36,776 nt of DNA, taken from IMG/VR virus record IMGVR_UViG_3300045988_112955. The stretch is one strand, 5' to 3'. Origin of the DNA: a virus. This document shows, one piece after another, positions 33,052 through 36,776 of the stretch; the first letter of the stretch is position 1, and each line of letters starts with the position of its first letter. The notes under the pieces were generated by a model. The model was not told the origin of the DNA and made no database searches. It saw only the letters and a program-made list of their open reading frames with translations. A program made the translations under genes and the position numbers.

Positions 33052-33789
33052 ATGGGATTTAAAGACAAACTTAATAATTTAGCAAGTAGCGGTAAAGAAA
33101 TGATGGCTAATGAAATGGCTATTATTAAAAAGCAAAAAAATGAGTTAAGTGTGGCACTAACTTTAAACGAAGGTAAAGAAATTACGGGAAATATGCTTTC
33201 TAATAATGTTAAACTATGGCGACAAAGTGATGGATTGGTATATTTTAATAATCGTGTTGAAAACCTGTATACTGTAGTTGATTACATTTGGGACGGTCCG
33301 ATAATTAAGACAATTACAAAAAGTGAAACTACTGGAACTGAAAAAGGTAGTAGCAAAAGAAAAGGTCGAGGAATTGGCGCAGTAGTCGGTACAATTGTCG
33401 CGCCTGGTATTGGTACAGTAATAGGTGCAGCACATGGTACGGGTAACAAAAAATCTAAAAAGAAAATCCAATCAAACACAATTACATATGATGAAGATAT
33501 AGAGGTAGATGCACAAGCAAGGTTAAAACTTTGTAATGTTGAAACGGGTGAAATTTCTACTATTGGATTTTTATGTAATAGTGAACTAAATTCTAAAATT
33601 ATCAATTTAATTCCAAACGATTTTAGCCAAAATAAGCAAATTGAAAATGATGGACCTATTGATATTGAGGTTGCCGAGGTTGTAAGCGATCCTTACGAGG
33701 AACTAAAAAAGGTCAAAGAATTATTAGATATGGGGATTATTTCTCAAGAAGAATTTGATGCAAAGAAAAAAGAATTATTAGGATTATAA
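33052..33789 (+). CDS. Glycine-zipper membrane protein with C-terminal SHOCT domain
   Basis: GIGAVVGTIVAPGIGTVIGAAHGTG GxxxG array; C-terminal DPYEELKKVKELLDMGIISQEEFDAKKKELLGL (SHOCT). RBS AAAGGGGA. Confidence 0.75.
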   Translation: MGFKDKLNNLASSGKEMMANEMAIIKKQKNELSVALTLNEGKEITGNMLSNNVKLWRQSDGLVYFNNRVENLYTVVDYIWDGPIIKTITKSETTGTEKGSSKRKGRGIGAVVGTIVAPGIGTVIGAAHGTGNKKSKKKIQSNTITYDEDIEVDAQARLKLCNVETGEISTIGFLCNSELNSKIINLIPNDFSQNKQIENDGPIDIEVAEVVSDPYEELKKVKELLDMGIISQEEFDAKKKELLGL

Positions 33790-33800
33790 AATAAAAAATA

Positions 33801-33813
33801 CCACTATTCGCAA
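33801..33813 (+). repeat. CCACTATTCGCAA, near-copy of 35389-35401
   Basis: 13-mer differing at one base from CCACTACTCGCAA. Both are preceded by an A-run and lie on either side of the DUF3800 cassette. Confidence 0.5.
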
Positions 33814-33956
33814 CAACAGTGTTCATAGCAGATTACATTAAACTACTACAGTTAAAAAATAGGATTAGCATACTATTTGAACAAAATTTAGACATATCAA
33901 CTGCGTTAAACACTACGAAGTGTGTTTATATAAAAAATTGAATGGAGAGATAGGAA

Positions 33957-34667
33957 ATGGAATATAATATATACTGCGATGAAAGTTGTCATTTACCAAA
34001 TGACAACAGTAATATAATGGTTATTGGAGCTATTTCTTGTCCTAAGAACAAAGCTTTTTTCATTAATCATGAAATACAAAATATAAAAAGAAAGCACGGT
34101 ATTTTTAAATTTGCTGAAATAAAGTGGACAAAAGTATCTCAATCAAAAATAGAAATGTATAAAGAATTAATAGATTTGTTTTTTGAACATAATTATCTAA
34201 ATTTTAGATGTGTAATAGCCACAAATAAAAATAAGCTAGATCCTAAAAGATTTAATCTTACTTATAATGATTGGTACTATAGAATCTATTATTTGGCTTT
34301 AAAAGAGATGTTAGATATCAGTAATTCTTTTAACATCTATATTGATATCAAAGATACAAATGGACAAGCAAAAATAGAAAAACTACAAGATGTTTTAAAT
34401 AGAACATTATATGATTTTTCTGATAGTACAGTGAAACATATACAAGAAGTTAAATCAGATCAAGTTCAAATTTTACAAATTACTGATCTGTTAATTGGAG
34501 CAATAGGATACTCTAATCGTGGCCTTTGCACTAGCGATGCAAAAGAAAGTTTAATTGATTATGTGTGTGAAAAAGCTCATAGACCACTTAATTACACTAG
34601 CCCTAAAAATGAATTAAAATTTAATATATTTAAATGGGCTCCAAGAGGTTATTACAATGACTTGTGA
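33957..34667 (+). CDS. DUF3800-like protein
   Basis: N-terminal YNIYCDESCH and C-terminal QVQILQITDLLIGAIGYS match the two DUF3800 signatures as I remember them. RBS GGAGAG. Confidence 0.7.
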   Translation: MEYNIYCDESCHLPNDNSNIMVIGAISCPKNKAFFINHEIQNIKRKHGIFKFAEIKWTKVSQSKIEMYKELIDLFFEHNYLNFRCVIATNKNKLDPKRFNLTYNDWYYRIYYLALKEMLDISNSFNIYIDIKDTNGQAKIEKLQDVLNRTLYDFSDSTVKHIQEVKSDQVQILQITDLLIGAIGYSNRGLCTSDAKESLIDYVCEKAHRPLNYTSPKNELKFNIFKWAPRGYYNDL

Positions 34668-35163
34668 TAAAGCACCAAAGATAGTTACTCTTGAAGATTT
34701 TAATGGCGATTATATAAGATATGAGCAAGAAATATATAACCTTTTTTCAAAAGATTTTATTAACAGAAATATATATTTTAAAGGTACTCAAATATCACAC
34801 AAAAAATATCCTAAACACAAAGGTATGTCAGCAACATTTTGGCATATTGTTACTAACGGCGATAACGAAACAAATAGAGAGCCAAACTTAAGAAGATATG
34901 AAACAATATGTTATCCTGCTTTTATTATTGAAGAATGTTCTAATTATTGTTCCAACGTACTAATTTGGGAGAATATTAGAAAGGGTAAAACTCGTATCTT
35001 AATTTACTGTACAACGCTTCGCTATTTAGTTGTACTAGATAAGCGTAGTGACTATATTTTATTTTGGACTTCATACCCAGTAGAATATAAAAATAGACAT
35101 GAAAAACTCATCAATGAATTCAATGAGTATAAAGCAAAAACTGCTAACCAACTTAATGACTAG
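34657..35163 (+). CDS. 168-aa orphan protein translationally coupled to the DUF3800-like gene
   Basis: ATG 34657 lies 11 nt inside the upstream gene, with AAGAGG 8 nt upstream. No family recognised. Confidence 0.7.
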   Translation: MTCDKAPKIVTLEDFNGDYIRYEQEIYNLFSKDFINRNIYFKGTQISHKKYPKHKGMSATFWHIVTNGDNETNREPNLRRYETICYPAFIIEECSNYCSNVLIWENIRKGKTRILIYCTTLRYLVVLDKRSDYILFWTSYPVEYKNRHEKLINEFNEYKAKTANQLND

Positions 35164-35389
35164 CAGTTTCGTTACTCCTTCAACCTATGAATGGTAGATG
35201 AGTTATTCAAAGGAGATTCAGCACTGAATTCCTAATTAATTATATTCAACTTACACCTATATTATACATATCTGTCGCAAATATGCAATACTTTTTCAAT
35301 AATATAAAAATCGAAAAATCATAAAAATCAATACTATAAATATTTAGTAGTGTGATAACGGTAATACCACAAAACAAAATTTAAAAGTC

Positions 35390-35432
35390 CACTACTCGCA
35401 ATAGTGAACTTTCGAGGTACTCGCAATACCTC
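35390..35432 (+). promoter_or_regulatory. Two tandem hairpins with identical heptaloop CTCGCAA
   Basis: CACTA-CTCGCAA-TAGTG (35390-35406) and GAGGTA-CTCGCAA-TACCTC (35414-35432). Equivalently, the 11-mer TACTCGCAATA is repeated at 35393 and 35418. Confidence 0.6.
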
Positions 35433-35487
35433 TTCTCAAATATAAAAGACTGATCAAAGCCTTTTACGTGCTTAATTATAACATTTG

Positions 35488-35527
35488 AACACGTCTAAGG
35501 CAAACAAAGAAAGGACGTGTTTTTATT
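35488..35527 (+). terminator. Hairpin plus T-tract abutting the integrase start and sequestering its RBS
   Basis: AACACGTC (35488-35495) pairs with GACGTGTT (35514-35521), 18-nt loop, then TTTTATT-ATG. The only purine-rich RBS candidate AAGGA (35511-35515) lies in the stem. Confidence 0.5.
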
Positions 35528-36592
35528 ATGGCAAAAGAATACAAAGTTAAAGAGCTTAAAAACGGTGAAAGAAGATACGTATTCGATGTGAATATAGGCT
35601 ATAGAGCGGACGGCAGCAGAATTAGAAAAACTGTTACATCCAAAACTATAAAAGACGGTAGAAAAAAAGTAGCTGAACTATTGCTAGATAGGACTAATCA
35701 AGTCGTTGTAGCTAAAGGACTACTTTTTAAAGATTTATATGATGCATATATTGCTGATTATAAAAATAAAGGACGTTCCCCCTCTACCGTTCGTAATATT
35801 GCTTTTTCTTATAGAAAAAAATATGCAAGATTTGAAAACGTAAGAATCACAAAAATAAATGATTATGATTTAATTGAATGGATTGAAGATTTAAAAAAAG
35901 ATTTATCACCTAATACGGTTAGAATTCGTGAGGGAGCATTAAGCGCATTCTTTAATTGGTGTATAAGAAAAAAGGCGCTTGATCGAAATTCCTTTGTTTA
36001 TATTGATAAAACTAAAACAACCAAGCCTAAACTTGAATTTTGGAACGAGGCACAGTTTAATCAATTTATTTCAAATGTTTCGAACAAAAAACACAAGATT
36101 GCTTTTTGCACCCTATTTTATACTGGATTGCGAAAGGGAGAATTTTGCGGACTTAGCCTATCCGATTTAGACGAAGATAAAAATGAATTGCATTTATCAC
36201 ATACAGTAAAAAATACTAGCAATGGTCTTGTTGTGTCTACAGAGTTTAAAAATGAGCAATCGCGGCGAATAGTACCAATTCCCGATTGGTTGACCCCAAA
36301 TTTAAAAGAAGTCTTAAAAAGCGGGGAATACCCCTACAGAGAGTATTATACATATTTAAACGTTTTGTTATCTAGATACAATGACCCTGCTCTACCAAAA
36401 ATAAGTATACACGGTTTTAGGCATAGCTATATATCTATGTTAATACATGCTAATGTTAATCATTATACTGTTTCTAAAATAGCGGGACATAGCAAAACAA
36501 GTACAACCCTAGATATCTATGGTCACCTCTATCCCGACGAACGTAGACAAGTAACAACAATTTTTAGTGAAAGAAAAAAGGTACTCGAATGA
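35528..36592 (+). CDS. int: Tyrosine integrase
   Basis: Catalytic region GLRKGEF...HGFRHSYISML...GHSKTSTTLDIYGHLYPDE (R..HxxR..Y) with a SAM-like N-terminal domain. Confidence 0.92.
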   Translation: MAKEYKVKELKNGERRYVFDVNIGYRADGSRIRKTVTSKTIKDGRKKVAELLLDRTNQVVVAKGLLFKDLYDAYIADYKNKGRSPSTVRNIAFSYRKKYARFENVRITKINDYDLIEWIEDLKKDLSPNTVRIREGALSAFFNWCIRKKALDRNSFVYIDKTKTTKPKLEFWNEAQFNQFISNVSNKKHKIAFCTLFYTGLRKGEFCGLSLSDLDEDKNELHLSHTVKNTSNGLVVSTEFKNEQSRRIVPIPDWLTPNLKEVLKSGEYPYREYYTYLNVLLSRYNDPALPKISIHGFRHSYISMLIHANVNHYTVSKIAGHSKTSTTLDIYGHLYPDERRQVTTIFSERKKVLE

Positions 36593-36599
36593 GTACCTT
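36578..36599 (+). promoter_or_regulatory. Perfect 9-bp hairpin enclosing the integrase stop codon
   Basis: AAGGTACTC (36578-36586), loop GAAT, GAGTACCTT (36591-36599). No U-tract follows. Confidence 0.55.
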
Positions 36600-36607
36600 A
36601 GAAAGCA

Positions 36608-36630
36608 TTTGGGAGTAAAAAGGAGTAAAA
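36608..36630 (+). repeat. TTTGGGAGTAAAA + AGGAGTAAAA tandem repeats (candidate arm-type sites)
   Basis: 10-bp-phased GGAGTAAAA copies. They match 131-143 on the other side of the terminal repeat. Confidence 0.35.
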
Positions 36631-36657
36631 TCCTCTCAAAACCCTTACGAACTATAC

Positions 36658-36776
36658 AATGATAATTATAATGGCTACGTAATTTTGAGCATAAGTATAT
36701 AAAATTTAATAAATTTGATTACAAAAATAAGCTATTTTATAGTAAAAGCATACTCATTTTAACCATTCTAATTTAA
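36658..36776. repeat. Terminal direct repeat, copy 2 (identical to 1..119)
   Basis: See copy 1. Confidence 0.95.

Larger units (their letters stand above)
1..36776. mobile_element. Complete temperate siphovirus-type phage/prophage genome
   Basis: Canonical module order: lysis, fibres, tail, head, packaging, late regulator, early/replication and switch genes on the minus strand; repressor, ImmA-like protease, cargo and tyrosine integrase on the plus strand. An exact 119-bp repeat sits at both window ends. Confidence 0.9.

Noticed and set aside
33214-33605. Two minus-strand ORFs (85 and 107 aa) antisense to the SHOCT gene
   Set aside because: They are the shadow of the Gly-rich segment. They have no RBS and no operon context on that strand.
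35979-36170. 63-aa plus-strand ORF inside the integrase gene
   Set aside because: It is an alternative frame of a confidently identified integrase with no independent signals.

Overview
The window is one complete temperate siphovirus genome with low G+C, typical of Bacillota. It is either a circularly closed contig or a prophage cut at its att repeats, because bases 1-119 recur exactly at 36658-36776. Nearly everything from 1223 to 32074 lies on the minus strand. Read from high to low coordinate, the minus-strand order is: Cro-like switch gene and small early genes; a recombination module (Rad52-like SSAP, Gp157-like, SSB, NinB/HNHc-like, YkgJ-type Cys-cluster protein, RusA, HNH-like); a replication organiser; a run of small Cys-rich or unknown early genes; an ArpU/RinA-like late activator; then TerS, TerL, portal, Mu-F/gp7-like protein, scaffold and a capsid with an Ig-like tail. 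These are followed by four connector genes, the major tail protein, two chaperone-position genes, an unannotated Com-like zinc ribbon, a TP901-type tape measure, Dit, a Tal carrying a C-terminal S74 self-cleaving chaperone, four baseplate/fibre genes, holin and amidase. The plus-strand right arm is the lysogeny arm: XRE repressor, ImmA-like protease, three cargo genes, then a tyrosine integrase. The best candidates for something new are: (i) a translationally coupled DUF3800-like plus orphan gene pair, and (ii) a glycine-zipper/SHOCT protein, both inserted in the immR-immA-int arm; (iii) a type-I-toxin-like 41-aa peptide with a convergent antisense promoter, in a small-ORF island at the left end; (iv) an iteron-like TTGTTTGTT array, a five-operator genetic switch, and tandem hairpins with identical loops upstream of int. 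All functional calls rest on my own reading of translated motifs, gene order and hand-checked coordinates. No database search or folding program was available.
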